From Camelus ferus (taxonomy: Eukaryota), in contig NC_045707.1 in the NCBI RefSeq assembly GCF_009834535.1, forward strand, positions 62,250,001-62,314,000: DNA of 64,000 bases, in the 5' to 3' direction. Made by a program: the position numbers and the translations under genes. Position 1 is the stretch's first letter. The number at the start of each line of letters is the position of its first letter. Of the stretch, positions 63,261 through 64,000 are shown one piece after another. The notes under the pieces are model-generated. The model did not search any database. It had not been told where the DNA came from and worked only from the letters and a program-made list of their open reading frames with translations.

Positions 63261-63929
63261 ATAGACCTGAGGGAGACGCTTTCTTCTTTGTATCTTACTC
63301 TTATTTCTTAGGTAATCCTCCTGTTGTAGATGGTGACTTTGAAGGATGAAATAAATTGTACATATGAGAATATATTAAGTGAAAGCTCCCAAAATTCAAA
63401 AGCTGAGACTGAGGCATCCAGAAATTAAGATATTAGGAAAGAGACTTCTATTTCTCAGAATCTATGTATTTTAAGTAATGTTGAGACTTGATTAGCAAAA
63501 TGTCAGCATTGCTAATTTCCCTATTTAATGTCACATAACAAATCCAACTATACGTATTTTAAAGATTTCTTCTTATAGTATGTCTTCTCTATTTTCACAA
63601 TGCATTCTTTCTTATGGATCTTATTTTTCTACTATGTATTCTAAGAACCTACTGACTCATGTCTCTGAATATATTAAAACCCCTTATCAATCTATATTCT
63701 GTATAAATCCCAGAGTAAGCTCTCTAAATGACAAATTTATTAGGTCATTCTCTGGATTAAAATATTAGGAAACATTTCCTCTACCATGTGGCAATTAAAG
63801 CCTCATCTAGCATTTAGAAATAAAACGCAGTTCTAGCTGAATTAGCAGTGCTTCTCAATACTCTAACCCCACACTGAACTGCAGGAAGTTCCCCCTAACA
63901 TGCCCCCCCCTATTTAGGTCTCATGCTTA

Positions 63930-64000
63930 CTTTTGGATTGGGTTGCTTGTTTTTTTTTTTTTTTTTAATTGAGGTGTATGAGCTGTTTGTATATTTTGGA
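63930..64000 (-). mobile_element. L1 ORF2 fragment running off the window
   Basis: 'gattgggttgcttgtt..ttgaggtgtatgagctgtttgtatattttgga', homologous to about 24985-25020. Confidence 0.7.

Noticed and set aside
1..64000. ORF-track entries as host genes
   Set aside because: All are short (at most 178 aa). The interpretable ones are L1/ERV remnants; the rest have AT-rich low-complexity composition and no recognisable domain or exon chain.
1..64000. CRISPR array, operon or other prokaryotic-type system; tRNA/rRNA/snRNA genes
   Set aside because: The sequence is clearly mammalian. I saw no repeat-spacer array or structured RNA gene by eye; a covariance-model scan was not possible.

Overview
AT-rich, CpG-poor mammalian genomic DNA, intergenic or deep-intronic. 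I find no supportable host protein-coding gene, RNA gene or CRISPR-like array; every ORF-track entry I can interpret lies in a transposon remnant, and the rest are short and look like chance ORFs. The repeats suggest a camelid (camel/llama/alpaca). Young L1 3' ends resemble Vicugna-type L1 from memory, and I saw no Alu, B1/B2, Bov-A/BovB, PRE-1 or SINEC. The window is a layered mobile-element record. It holds many L1 fragments, two of them young with target-site duplications, and a decayed ERV-L provirus (RNase H-integrase-dUTPase-LTR33) split by an MLT2 LTR. It also holds an LTR16+gag remnant, solo LTRs (one MER41-like, one with a perfect CTCF consensus), MaLR LTRs, MIR/L2 and hAT/Tigger MITEs. 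The most interesting unexplained signal is a CpG-retaining patch at about 27.6-28.3 kb with MYB, CRE-like, C/EBP and TATA motifs. It abuts the 5' end of an internally deleted L1 and is a candidate germline-hypomethylated, possibly bidirectional promoter. I do not see evidence for a new multi-gene system. Repeat family names are recalled from memory, not from a database search, and boundaries of old elements are approximate.
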